A stretch of DNA of 64,000 nt from an uncultured Candidatus Saccharibacteria bacterium (GTDB taxonomy: Bacteria > Patescibacteriota > SICC01). Positions 46,465-55,997 of this stretch are shown piece by piece. The position numbers and the translations under genes were made by a program. The notes beneath the pieces are model-generated. The model saw only the letters and a list, made by a program, of their open reading frames with translations. It had not been told where the DNA came from and did no database searches. The stretch covers positions 1,362-65,361 of the forward strand of contig CAZGHP010000002.1 of the NCBI GenBank assembly GCA_964525455.1. The letters run 5' to 3'. Within the stretch, counting starts at the first letter, position 1. Each line of letters starts with the position of its first letter.

Positions 46465-47220
46465 CTATCGCGCACGAGCTTTGGCGACGGCATCGTCAAG
46501 TGCTTCTATGGCTTTAATCGCGGTGTTAACGCGCAGGCCTTTTACCATTTCATCCCAGTAGCTTGGATCGCGCTGCCGTCCGACTTCATGCTCTTCTAGA
46601 TAGAACCTCGCTGCGCCTTGCCACGTCCATGTTCTCCCTCTCGAAGCGGCTTCCTCCTTAGAGAAGGCCCAAAGAAGATTCACTGTGTCACTACTAGCAG
46701 CATGCACTTTCTGCCATGCCTCATCCGCTTTCCCGCGTACTTCGGAGGGTAAATCAGGAGTTAGACGATTTAAATCCCAATACAAGTCAAGCAACTGCTT
46801 ATCCGGCCTGGCGAGTGTGGCAAAGTCAGGCTTAGGACCTCTTCCTGGAAGGGGGAACAACCATTGCAGAGAGGGCACCATAAATCGCTTGGCCTCGTGG
46901 AGGATTCTACCTAACTCCATAAGGGCACGTGTTTCAATCTCATATCTTGCCTGACGGCGCTGGTGCTGTACTAAGTTGTAGGTAAGGGCTACGTATGCAG
47001 TGGTTACGATGAGAAGTACATAGGATGTCACTGCCTGAACAGCTGGTGCTGCATCCTTGTCGTGTGCCTCATGCCATATCCCTACTCCGGCTAGCACAAG
47101 CGCACCAACTAGGATGAGTGCTAGAAGAATCTTGGCGAACCTTTGTCGAGTCATTGCATTTATACCCTTTGGCAATAGGAACTCTTTTCTGAAGGGTTGT
47201 CGAGAGTCATGCCAGGTCAC
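46465..47220 (-). CDS. Hypothetical membrane protein
   Basis: Two TM helices near the N-terminus. GC about 50%, below the genome average. Confidence 0.45.
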   Translation of the reverse strand: MTWHDSRQPFRKEFLLPKGINAMTRQRFAKILLALILVGALVLAGVGIWHEAHDKDAAPAVQAVTSYVLLIVTTAYVALTYNLVQHQRRQARYEIETRALMELGRILHEAKRFMVPSLQWLFPLPGRGPKPDFATLARPDKQLLDLYWDLNRLTPDLPSEVRGKADEAWQKVHAASSDTVNLLWAFSKEEAASRGRTWTWQGAARFYLEEHEVGRQRDPSYWDEMVKGLRVNTAIKAIEALDDAVAKARAR

Positions 47221-47275
47221 TTATACTTTCACTATACCCCTTGAATGCCCCCCCCCCGTGGGATAGGGTGAATGG

Positions 47276-47482
47276 GTGAAGGATGCTTCTAAGCGAGGAT
47301 TGGCTGCGGCGAAGAAAGACGGGACGCTCCGGCAAGTGCAAGCTGGCACGGTAGCCGTAGACGTCTGGGCTGAACCGCTTGAGAAGCCGGACATGGATCG
47401 GTTCGTTGCGGTGCTCGTGACGCTGGCGCAGCGGCACATGGAGCAAGAGGCGGAGAAGCGAGGCGGGCGATCCAAGAGCTAG
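47276..47482 (+). CDS. Small hypothetical protein
   Basis: 68-aa ORF. Weak support. Confidence 0.25.
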   Translation: MKDASKRGLAAAKKDGTLRQVQAGTVAVDVWAEPLEKPDMDRFVAVLVTLAQRHMEQEAEKRGGRSKS

Positions 47483-47588
47483 CGGCCGTAGAGGCGACGA
47501 TGAAGCTCAGCGAGAAACCTCTGAGTCTCCTGGTTTGAGAACTGCCCAACTAGTTCCACCAAGTGGGTATCCAAATCTGATATCCTAG

Positions 47589-47909
47589 TTGCATATGAGC
47601 ACTATTCGACCCCTTGCGATTCTTACTGCGATTTCAGTCTTGGTAGCCCCCAGTCAGGCTCATGCTTATGTTGATCCAGGCACTGGGAGTGTTATGACTC
47701 AAGCAATTATTGGGGTCATCGTAGCTTGGGCTTTACCTGTTTGGATGATAATTCATGCAGCACGAAACGACGTTAATAATCGCGCGCTCTGGATCATACT
47801 GATGGTGTTCTTTGGAATATTTGCCGCAATCATCTATCTCTTTGCTGTAAAGCTGCCTTATGACCGTCAGCAACGCGAGAAAGCCACAAACACGTCCAAG
47901 CGACGGTAG
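47589..47909 (+). CDS. Small membrane protein, PLD-nuclease N-terminal (PLDc_N)-like
   Basis: Signal/TM then LWIILMVFFGIFAAIIYLF, typical of the short PLDc_N family. GC drops here. Confidence 0.5.
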   Translation: MHMSTIRPLAILTAISVLVAPSQAHAYVDPGTGSVMTQAIIGVIVAWALPVWMIIHAARNDVNNRALWIILMVFFGIFAAIIYLFAVKLPYDRQQREKATNTSKRR

Positions 47910-47937
47910 ACGAATCATCAAATGGAGCAAAGAAGCA

Positions 47938-47960
47938 GTCAGCGCAAGCTGGCTTTTTTT
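47938..47960 (+). terminator. Intrinsic terminator
   Basis: 6-bp stem GTCAGC/GCTGGC (one G.U pair) with a GCAA tetraloop followed by T7, 29 nt after the stop. Confidence 0.5.
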
Positions 47961-47999
47961 ATTTCTTAGATCAGAAAAGTCTCGAGGTAAAATTAGGTT

Positions 48000-48761
48000 A
48001 TGAGTAAAAAACATAAGCGTCCCTCGGGAAGGTCATCACTTAAACATCATCAACGCAATAAAAAAACGTTGAAGCCTCCTCTGGCGAGTATTCCAAATAT
48101 GCAAGAAATTGATTGGGCAAGAGATGTTATGCCCGATTATTTATGGCTCGCAAGCGTAGCGGAGATTACAGGTGACGTTACCGCAGCGCACAAACCTTTG
48201 GATAAGTTAGATGAACTTATTTCCAACGACAATATATTAGACGGCCGAATATCATCCTTTGCAAACATCCCTGAAGAAAAGCATCCTGAGGCAAGGCAAA
48301 TACTTACTAGCACTTTTCCGTACGCGATTCATGATCAACTGGCCAATGCATTGTTGCTTTATCCTAAATGCCCTGCAAATTGGCTGTTCGAAGACTGGCA
48401 AAATACTCACACTATCAACCCGGAAACTGGAATTAATCATCTAAAAAGTTTAATCCCATCGATTCTGCCAAGTAGAGACGTCCCAGCTGTAAAACTTAAG
48501 ATGATGTACTTGGCACGATTAATGAAGAATGGGAAAATCCACATTTCTGACAAAATTAGAGCGGTTGACCTGCTACCAAAATACCCAAGTGGGCTAGATG
48601 AAGATGGACGAAAGACTGTTGAGGCCATGAGTCGAGCAATGTGGTTAGGAATGCCAGATGTAGAAGCAGGTATGGCTTGGGTTGAACATTTTTGGAAACA
48701 AAATTGGCAAATATCTACTTGTGAGCCATGGCCCACAAGTAAGAAAGCAACAGATGAGTAA
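48000..48761 (+). CDS. AT-rich hypothetical protein (gene 1 of a two-gene operon)
   Basis: GC about 38%, far below the genome. Basic N-terminus. No recognised domain. Confidence 0.5.
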   Translation: MSKKHKRPSGRSSLKHHQRNKKTLKPPLASIPNMQEIDWARDVMPDYLWLASVAEITGDVTAAHKPLDKLDELISNDNILDGRISSFANIPEEKHPEARQILTSTFPYAIHDQLANALLLYPKCPANWLFEDWQNTHTINPETGINHLKSLIPSILPSRDVPAVKLKMMYLARLMKNGKIHISDKIRAVDLLPKYPSGLDEDGRKTVEAMSRAMWLGMPDVEAGMAWVEHFWKQNWQISTCEPWPTSKKATDE

Positions 48762-49566
48762 AAAAGGTAAAACAGTAACCGCACTGGAAATTAGAGATGG
48801 ATTTAAAAAAGCTCTTGCAAAATTAGGCAATGAGCTTAAAGGGCTTCAAGAGCAAGCCGAGTTAGACTTACATTTTCCCACTAAGGATGAAGTAAAGCTT
48901 GGATTAGCCTCAAGACAATTTCGACTTTTGTACAGGCTTGTCGAGGATCCTCATCTTTGGTCCACAGAACTTGGCCCTTTAGTAGTTCGGCCCATTATCG
49001 AAACAAATATTGTTACTGAATGGTTACTTCAGAAAGACAAAAAAGATTTATACGAGGCATATAAAAACTATGGCGTTGGTAAACGTAAGTTATACATGCT
49101 TCATCTAGAAGAGGTTGCGAAAAAAGACGGGATGAAAGATGAAGACTTAGAAAATCTATTAGCCCGCCTAGATGCCGAAGTAAATGTTGACCGCTTTGAA
49201 GAGTTTCAAGAGATAGACCTAGGCGGAAATTTCGCAAAGAAAAGTATTCGGGATATGGCAAATGAGATCGGTAAACCTAATTTGTATAATTTGTACTACC
49301 AACCCTTTTCAACAGAAATACATGGCGAATGGGGTAGTCTATTCAATTTTGATTTAGACCCTTGTGGTAACCCTATACACCGGTATCACCGTTTAGGAAT
49401 CTTTGAACACTCGCCCTTAACTATCGGTTCACCATTTCTAATTCATATTGCGCTTAAATTTGCAGAAGAAAGCATTACGGCAATATTCGATACATATAAC
49501 GTTTCAACTGAAATGGCATTTGAGACATGCCATAAAGATATGAGAGATATTTTCGACCCAAGCTAG
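48754..49566 (+). CDS. AT-rich hypothetical protein (gene 2 of a two-gene operon)
   Basis: ATG at 48754 overlaps the upstream stop (ATGAGTAA). No recognised domain. Confidence 0.5.
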   Translation: MSKKGKTVTALEIRDGFKKALAKLGNELKGLQEQAELDLHFPTKDEVKLGLASRQFRLLYRLVEDPHLWSTELGPLVVRPIIETNIVTEWLLQKDKKDLYEAYKNYGVGKRKLYMLHLEEVAKKDGMKDEDLENLLARLDAEVNVDRFEEFQEIDLGGNFAKKSIRDMANEIGKPNLYNLYYQPFSTEIHGEWGSLFNFDLDPCGNPIHRYHRLGIFEHSPLTIGSPFLIHIALKFAEESITAIFDTYNVSTEMAFETCHKDMRDIFDPS

Positions 49567-49917
49567 TTAGTCGCCTTTAGTTTCATTCTCCTCAACCCTT
49601 ACCTTCACGATCTTCCGGACCAGTGAGACCGGCAAAGGATTCTCCGGCGTGAACTGGATCGTCGTGTGGTTGATCGTGAACGGTTCCAGCTCCTTCGCGA
49701 ACCGCTTCGGGATGCTTGAGTTCGTCACGAACAGGCTGCAGTGGCGCTTGAACGCCGCGAACCCCACCAGGTGCCCGCGGTACGTGTAGAGCGGGATGTT
49801 GTAGCTGATCTTCTCCTCCGCCATCGGCGCGGCCGCGCGGATTGTCTTCCGGAGCTGCGTGAGCGCCTTGCGTTGGGCGGGGTCGGTGATCTGCGCGAGG
49901 TATGCGGGGACGGTCAT
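49567..49917 (-). CDS. DUF1801/YdhG-like protein
   Basis: Matches the short YdhG-like pattern (P..EKISYNIPLY...HLVGFAAFKRHCSLF). GC returns to the genomic level. Confidence 0.45.
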   Translation of the reverse strand: MTVPAYLAQITDPAQRKALTQLRKTIRAAAPMAEEKISYNIPLYTYRGHLVGFAAFKRHCSLFVTNSSIPKRFAKELEPFTINHTTIQFTPENPLPVSLVRKIVKVRVEENETKGD

Positions 49918-49938
49918 GGTTCGAGTGTATCGTTCAAT

Positions 49939-50682
49939 TTAGTAATGCCCATACCGGTATTGCTTCCCCTTACCTGGGTAAATCGGCCCGTGCTTTCTCA
50001 CATGCCAGAAACTCCGAGCCCAGGTCAGTAGTAGCTTCACCCTTCCTTCTTCGCGCACTCTCCGATCCGAAGCGATGATCTTCGGATTGAAGAAAAAACA
50101 ATACGATGCCCCGCCTCGCACCGAGCGAAGACCATAGTCAGTGTCTTCCCCGAGCAGCGCACCCTCTTTGAATCCGCCCACTGCGCGGTGATTCTCCTTG
50201 GTCGTCAGTAGGCAGTCCCCGTTCGTCACCGGCGACCGACCGATCCACGCCAGCAGGAAAAGCGAATACGCCGAAAGCATCGTCAGCCAATCAAACAGGT
50301 TCATTCGCTCGGATACATGGAAGACCGCGGCGACGAGCCGGGGCTGCGGTGGCACTTTTTTCATAAGGTCACTCAGGAACCGCCTGGGCAGCACCACATC
50401 TGCATCAAGGAAAAGGACAAACGAATACTTGGCCCTTTCCGCACCAACATTCCGTTGGTGACCGATGTCACTTTTTGCAGACAGCACGGCAAGGTCTTCA
50501 ATGTCGCCTCGGAATTCGCGGGATCGGACAGCCGTCCCATCCTTAGACCCGCCATCGACGACGATTACCTGGAGCTTCCCTCTATAATCTTGCTCAGCTA
50601 TCGAACGAAGCAACCGGGGAAGGTAACTACTCTCGTTCAGCGTAGGAATGACGATGCTGAGATCAAAGGAGGTGGTTCTCAT
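49939..50682 (-). CDS. Family 2 glycosyltransferase
   Basis: LSIVIPTLNE and FLDADVVL (DxD) motifs. Confidence 0.8.
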   Translation of the reverse strand: MRTTSFDLSIVIPTLNESSYLPRLLRSIAEQDYRGKLQVIVVDGGSKDGTAVRSREFRGDIEDLAVLSAKSDIGHQRNVGAERAKYSFVLFLDADVVLPRRFLSDLMKKVPPQPRLVAAVFHVSERMNLFDWLTMLSAYSLFLLAWIGRSPVTNGDCLLTTKENHRAVGGFKEGALLGEDTDYGLRSVRGGASYCFFFNPKIIASDRRVREEGRVKLLLTWARSFWHVRKHGPIYPGKGKQYRYGHY

Positions 50683-50691
50683 AACTTAGAG

Positions 50692-51462
50692 CTAGGCACT
50701 AAAGACGTCTTCTCCGAGAGCCTTCAGCTCCTCGCAGGTCGTCCGGCTGCCCGCGATAATATCCAGCTCGCGATAGTCGTATGATTCGCTCCCGATGTTC
50801 GTGACTACTCCGCCGGCTTCCTGAACCAGCAGGCATCCCGCGGCGTAGTCCCAAACCTGCCCATAGCCGTTTTTGACGATACGGGCGTCGAACCTTCCAG
50901 ACGCGACCATTGCATGTTCGAACCCGCTGTTCATGGTATTCACGAGCTGGGTCTGATCGCGCAGCGCCTTGTACATTGCGTTCATCGACTCCGGCCGGCC
51001 TTCAAGCGCGATCATCGATCTCCGTAGTGACCGCTCGCCAACTTTAATAGGCTTGCCGTCCATTAGCGCACCTTCACCACGGACGGCCGCGTAATAATGG
51101 TCTCCTGCGAAGTCATAAATCGCACCCACGACCACTTGCCCGTCTTCGACATACGCCGCCATTACCGAACAGAACGGCATGCCGCGGATAAAATGTTCCG
51201 TTCCGTCTATGGGATCAATTAACCAGAATCGATCCTCACTGCCTTGTTTTCCGAACTCTTCCCCGTGGACTCCGGCTTCCGGCGTAATCTTAAGCAACGC
51301 CTCAGCCAGGAACTCCTCGGTCTCGTGATCAAGCTGGGTGACCGTAGTATGGTCATCCTTCACATCAACGCGCGAAACGGAACCGTAATGTGGTAACAAG
51401 TTCCCACCCGCCCTTCTCATGATCGGTTCAAGAGCCTGGGATATTTCAATATGTTCAGGCAT
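50692..51462 (-). CDS. Inositol monophosphatase family protein
   Basis: LIDPIDGT and WDYAAG motifs. Confidence 0.8.
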   Translation of the reverse strand: MPEHIEISQALEPIMRRAGGNLLPHYGSVSRVDVKDDHTTVTQLDHETEEFLAEALLKITPEAGVHGEEFGKQGSEDRFWLIDPIDGTEHFIRGMPFCSVMAAYVEDGQVVVGAIYDFAGDHYYAAVRGEGALMDGKPIKVGERSLRRSMIALEGRPESMNAMYKALRDQTQLVNTMNSGFEHAMVASGRFDARIVKNGYGQVWDYAAGCLLVQEAGGVVTNIGSESYDYRELDIIAGSRTTCEELKALGEDVFSA

Positions 51463-51472
51463 ATCGACGCGC

Positions 51473-52174
51473 CTATATGTTCTTAAACCACTTCACCGTC
51501 GAAGCATAAAGTTTTTCAGCTACCCCGTCTTCCTCGAAGGTATGCCCCGCGCCCTTGACGATTTCACAGGCACTTTTCCCTTGCGCGTTCTCCGCATACC
51601 GACGGCTCTCGCGCAACACGCCATTTCCAGCAGTAATGACTTTGAGCGGGTACGTGATGTCCTTTCCGAGTTCAGACCACGGAATGTTCGCATCCACATC
51701 GACCATCCGCTTGCCGAGCAGGTAGTCCACATACCAGCGTATTCGGTACGCTTTCAGGCGCAGCTCGTACTTGCCGTGCTTTTTAAGCTTGTAGCTTGGG
51801 TCCCACAGCACCGCACCGTCCAGATCCTTCCGCTTCGCCAGCAGGATCGTCGGTCCGCCATAACTATGCCCGACCGCGAAGATCTTCCGCTTGCTGCGCT
51901 TCCGGAAGTACGCCACGACCGCATCAAAGTCGGCGCCGTGGGTCTTGAGCGTGGCTTGGCGGAGCGGCCGGCTATCGTACAGATAGTAGCGGAACGATGA
52001 AAAGCCCTGCTGCTCCAGGTATCGCGCGCCGTTGTAGAATTGGTGCTCGTTTGGGTCTCCGGTCAGCCCGTGCACGAAGATCACCAGCGGCTTGGTCAGC
52101 GGTCCGCGCAGGAACCCTTTGACCGACTTTCCTGCGCCGACAGGCACGCGGACGAGTTTTTCCTTCGCTCTCAT
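51473..52174 (-). CDS. Alpha/beta-hydrolase fold protein
   Basis: VFVHGLTGD and GHSYGG nucleophile elbow. Confidence 0.7.
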   Translation of the reverse strand: MRAKEKLVRVPVGAGKSVKGFLRGPLTKPLVIFVHGLTGDPNEHQFYNGARYLEQQGFSSFRYYLYDSRPLRQATLKTHGADFDAVVAYFRKRSKRKIFAVGHSYGGPTILLAKRKDLDGAVLWDPSYKLKKHGKYELRLKAYRIRWYVDYLLGKRMVDVDANIPWSELGKDITYPLKVITAGNGVLRESRRYAENAQGKSACEIVKGAGHTFEEDGVAEKLYASTVKWFKNI

Positions 52175-52234
52175 GTCCCTATCTTATGTTTGGTTGTTGC
52201 TCGACGTCGAATGTTTCTTGATAACACCAGCTCC

Positions 52235-52591
52235 CTAAAACGTACCGCCGACCAACCACACTATCGGCTTGCCGTCCTTGGACCGATTGATGTGGATCCA
52301 GCGGTAATCGGTGTCGTTCGCGCCCACGTTATACTCGGTGTGCGAACAGTCCGGCGCTGACATTTCCCGGTACGCTTCGTACAGCCGGTCGCCGGGAATC
52401 TTCATGAAAGTGCCGACGGCATCGAGCAACTCGACTATCTCCTCCTCTTTCCATTCCCGTTCCTCGCCGAGCAGCCGCTGCGGATCGAGCCGCAGCGTTT
52501 CGTAAGCGTTCACGGTGAACTCGGCATCCGCCTCGGCCAAACCGGCGGCGAGCCGTTCTGCGATGGGAAACTCTACGGGGCTGTCTTGCAT
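52235..52591 (-). CDS. Hypothetical protein
   Basis: 118-aa ORF. No motif. Confidence 0.4.
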   Translation of the reverse strand: MQDSPVEFPIAERLAAGLAEADAEFTVNAYETLRLDPQRLLGEEREWKEEEIVELLDAVGTFMKIPGDRLYEAYREMSAPDCSHTEYNVGANDTDYRWIHINRSKDGKPIVWLVGGTF

Positions 52592-52616
52592 AAGGATTTG
52601 GTCGATCCTAGGTCTA

Positions 52617-53159
52617 CTACCCCGCTAGCGTAAATTCCACGGTCGCCGGCCCGGACGCTCGCGTCTTGGGAGCAGTCACGATCACGCCGGCCGCGGTCAG
52701 GTGCCCGACGATGCGATCCGGATTGTCCGTCATGACCGTATGCAGTTCCGCATCCCCCGGATTGAGCATGGCCTGCTCTCCCTCCCGGAGCATGCCCGCC
52801 AACTCGACGCCGAATTGCAGCAGGCGTTCGCTCGGCGTCTCATGCAGCGTGACTTTTAACACCGGAGTTTGCCGCGAACCTTCATAGCCAACGACCTTGT
52901 CAGCATAGCGCTGTTTGAAGATCACGCACGGCACCGAATCCCCTGCGCGATAGAGCTCGGCTGTCGCCGTGCTGACGAGCGCACTGTTCTGATTCGGGTG
53001 CCCTTCTACGTGCCACTCACCGGCTTCTTCCAGGAGCCCGTTAAGACGGTCTGTGACCGGCTGCTTCTGCCCTTCCGGCCGTCGTTCGGCGGCCTCCCGC
53101 CGTTCCCGCTCCGCACGCTGGGCCGCCCTTCGTTCCGCTCGAGCCATAAAAATTCCCAA
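52617..53159 (-). CDS. Hypothetical protein
   Basis: 180-aa ORF with a basic/acidic N-terminus. No motif. Confidence 0.4.
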   Translation of the reverse strand: MGIFMARAERRAAQRAERERREAAERRPEGQKQPVTDRLNGLLEEAGEWHVEGHPNQNSALVSTATAELYRAGDSVPCVIFKQRYADKVVGYEGSRQTPVLKVTLHETPSERLLQFGVELAGMLREGEQAMLNPGDAELHTVMTDNPDRIVGHLTAAGVIVTAPKTRASGPATVEFTLAG

Positions 53160-53257
53160 TTAGTAGTACAACAAGAGAGTCTAACAAATCCCGTAACGAT
53201 AAGAAACTCGCTTGGTGACAGGTCTTACGCCTCTGGGCTGCCCGACCCGATGACGGA

Positions 53258-54007
53258 TTATCCCAAGATGCCCGCTGCGATACTGAATAACCCGGAGGCG
53301 ATAATCGCGAGCAGTACTACCGCTTGATAGCGGCGGGCGTCGATCCGCCGAAGCAGTCGCACGCCAGCCATATGGCCCAGTAACGCTAATGGAATCAACA
53401 GGGCCGCTATCAGCAGTCCTTCACTATTGAGATTATTCAGGCCACTCAGCCATATGACCGAAACGCCGGCGAAGTTCATGCCCAGAAAACACACGGCCAG
53501 CGTGTCCCGGAGCTGATGCTTCGAGATTTTGCGCGATCGCAGCCAGAGTGCCAATGGGGGTCCGCCCATTGAAGTCGAAGTGTTGAGGACTCCCGCGGCG
53601 AACCCACTGACCAACGTGGAGGGTCGAACCGCTATCGGCTTGGTTGAATTGAGCGAAAGGAATTGCTGGAGGAGCGCGGCTGCGATAATTACCGTTCCGA
53701 CGATGACCTGCAAGGTATGCTTCTCGACCGTGGTCAGTAGCCAAACACCGATCAGCATGCCCGGAATCGCCGCTGCAACCAGGATTAACGCGACTACTCC
53801 GGCTGTCTCGCGCTGACGACGCTCTCTGAATAGCATCATCAGGCTGATGCTGCTAGCAACGATCAAAGTGGTGGTAATCGCGACCGGCGGGTCGAAGAAC
53901 AGCAGCAGCGCAGGCGTCAGGAAGAAGACGAAACCGAAACCCGCGATGGTCTGCACGATGACGCCCACGAGGGTCACCGCGATGAGCAACAGGATCATCT
54001 CAAGCAT
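53258..54007 (-). CDS. TauE/SafE (TSUP) family membrane transporter, GC-rich copy
   Basis: Multiple TM helices. IAGFGFVFFLTPALLLF and GGPPLALWL motifs. Confidence 0.75.
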   Translation of the reverse strand: MLEMILLLIAVTLVGVIVQTIAGFGFVFFLTPALLLFFDPPVAITTTLIVASSISLMMLFRERRQRETAGVVALILVAAAIPGMLIGVWLLTTVEKHTLQVIVGTVIIAAALLQQFLSLNSTKPIAVRPSTLVSGFAAGVLNTSTSMGGPPLALWLRSRKISKHQLRDTLAVCFLGMNFAGVSVIWLSGLNNLNSEGLLIAALLIPLALLGHMAGVRLLRRIDARRYQAVVLLAIIASGLFSIAAGILG

Positions 54008-54196
54008 TACTCACCTCGCTGGCGATTTTCCAATCGGTAATCGCATCTGTCCTGTGTGGTCTTGAGTCCGGTCCCAGGTAATCCCAGGCTCCCCAGGTAA
54101 CGCTGTCACCAACAATACTGTCGCCGAAGATACAGACACGTGCCATGTCTCTATCTTATGTTTGGTTGCCGTCCGGGTCGACTACTTCGTTCCGAT

Positions 54197-54625
54197 CTAC
54201 GCGCTACCCATCCCGCCAGTACCGACGTTCACCATCCAGTGGATGCCGTACTTGTCGGTCACCATACCGAAGAGGTCGCCCCAGAACTGCTTCTCGAGCG
54301 GCTGGCCGACCGTGCCGCCCTCACTCAGGCCGTCGAAGTACTTCCGGAGTTCCGCCTCGTCCGATCCGGTGATCGAGATGCTGACGTTCGTCCCGGCCAC
54401 GTAGTCCTCGTCCTTCGGGCCGTCGCTGGCGAAGAGATCCGCTCCCCCGCCCTGCAGCGAGGCGTGCATGATCAGGTGCTTCTTCTCGTCCGGAAAGTCC
54501 ATCGGCGTCTCGCCGAACGTCTGCAGCTTCAACTCGCCGCCGAAGATGCCGTGGTAGAACTCCATGGCTTCCTTGGTCTTGCTGTCCTTGAAGCTGAGAT
54601 AGGGAGTCAGTCTCGTATCGCTCAC
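54197..54625 (-). CDS. VOC-family protein (PhnB-like)
   Basis: YLSFKD ... HWMV pattern. 142 aa. Confidence 0.65.
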   Translation of the reverse strand: MSDTRLTPYLSFKDSKTKEAMEFYHGIFGGELKLQTFGETPMDFPDEKKHLIMHASLQGGGADLFASDGPKDEDYVAGTNVSISITGSDEAELRKYFDGLSEGGTVGQPLEKQFWGDLFGMVTDKYGIHWMVNVGTGGMGSA

Positions 54626-54744
54626 GGAGCCTCCTTGGTCAGGTTAATGCGAGACTATTGTACGCTTTCGGGCGCATGCTCCTAGGTCTTTTTACCCACT
54701 CATTGACTTTTTGTGTTAACCATGGTATTATTTCTCGATTCGTC

Positions 54745-55944
54745 ATGAGCGCCGCGCCACACACCGAACGACCGGAACCGTCCCAGCCCGAGGGCGGAAA
54801 GGGCTCTGGCGCGGCCGACTCCCTGCTGGAAGCCGCCCGGGAGCATCTGGGAAACATCCGTGACGCGCTGCCGCCGGATCATCCGGCCACCAAGAAGCGG
54901 CAACGGGTGGTGGACGTGCTCGAAACGATGCAACAGGAGATCGGGCCGGACCAGGACCCGATGGACTACCTTACGAAGAAAGACCTCTCCACTGCCGCTC
55001 GGACCGAAAGCGGCGGGCTGGTAGGGATGGGCTCGCCGGAGATTGTTGCAACGCGACGGTTCATCGAGCAGCAACGTGCCGCGAGCGCCGAAACAAGTAC
55101 CCAAGCACCTGAGCGCAAGCCACTCTACTCCGATGCGGACATCGAAGCGTCCCGGCGGAAGATCGCGGCGATGCACGTAGGGAGCGAAAGGCTGGCCGGC
55201 CAGGAAACCGAGCGGGTAGAGTCAGGGCTGGACCGCGAGCGCGAGAAGCTACTGATCGGCGAAGTGTTGGACAAGGGAGGCGTATCGCTGCACCTGGATC
55301 TCCCGGGTGAATACGGCGACCGGCGCGGCACCCACGGATTCCAGGATGCCACGGACGGCAACCGGCACGGCGAGGGTTTCGAAGATCGCCGGGTATTGTC
55401 TGAGATGACCAAGCGGGCAGCGGAAGACGGGGCGAACGAAGCGGTATCGTTCACGCCGGTAACCGAAACGGTGTGGGAGCAATCCGAAGTCAGCGAGCGC
55501 AAGGGTCTGCGCAAAAAGACTCACACCGAGCGGCGCGCGGTCGGCACGAAACCGGCCACGCATGATGCCGTGGTCAAAGGAGGAGATGGCGAGCCGGCGG
55601 TCGCGCTGCGCTACGCCGCCCATGACCTACCGGGAGAGATGTCGTACCAGGTGACCGACGGTCGCTACGGAGGTTTGCTCCAAGCCGAGATCGTACTCCC
55701 GGAATCCCTGGCTCGGAAGGTCGAGAAACACATGGAACGGGATCCTGGATTCATCCGGCGGATCATCCAGGAAGCAGCGACAAAGAAACTCGGCCTACCG
55801 GAAGCAGCCTGGACTCACGGTAACGAGACGACCCGTGACCACGCGCTGCAGCCACCCTATCAAAAATGGGCGGCGGAAAAAGGCGGTACGAGCAAGATGC
55901 GCGTAACGTCGCTAGATCAGTCGAATACCGTAGTCAGAGTCTGA
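54745..55944 (+). CDS. Hypothetical protein
   Basis: ATG at 54745 (MSAAPHTER). 399 aa. No TM or motif. Confidence 0.45.
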   Translation: MSAAPHTERPEPSQPEGGKGSGAADSLLEAAREHLGNIRDALPPDHPATKKRQRVVDVLETMQQEIGPDQDPMDYLTKKDLSTAARTESGGLVGMGSPEIVATRRFIEQQRAASAETSTQAPERKPLYSDADIEASRRKIAAMHVGSERLAGQETERVESGLDREREKLLIGEVLDKGGVSLHLDLPGEYGDRRGTHGFQDATDGNRHGEGFEDRRVLSEMTKRAAEDGANEAVSFTPVTETVWEQSEVSERKGLRKKTHTERRAVGTKPATHDAVVKGGDGEPAVALRYAAHDLPGEMSYQVTDGRYGGLLQAEIVLPESLARKVEKHMERDPGFIRRIIQEAATKKLGLPEAAWTHGNETTRDHALQPPYQKWAAEKGGTSKMRVTSLDQSNTVVRV

Positions 55945-55997
55945 TTCCCGCACCCGCGTGGCCCTCCTGCGAACACGTACACTTATCTCATCACCTC

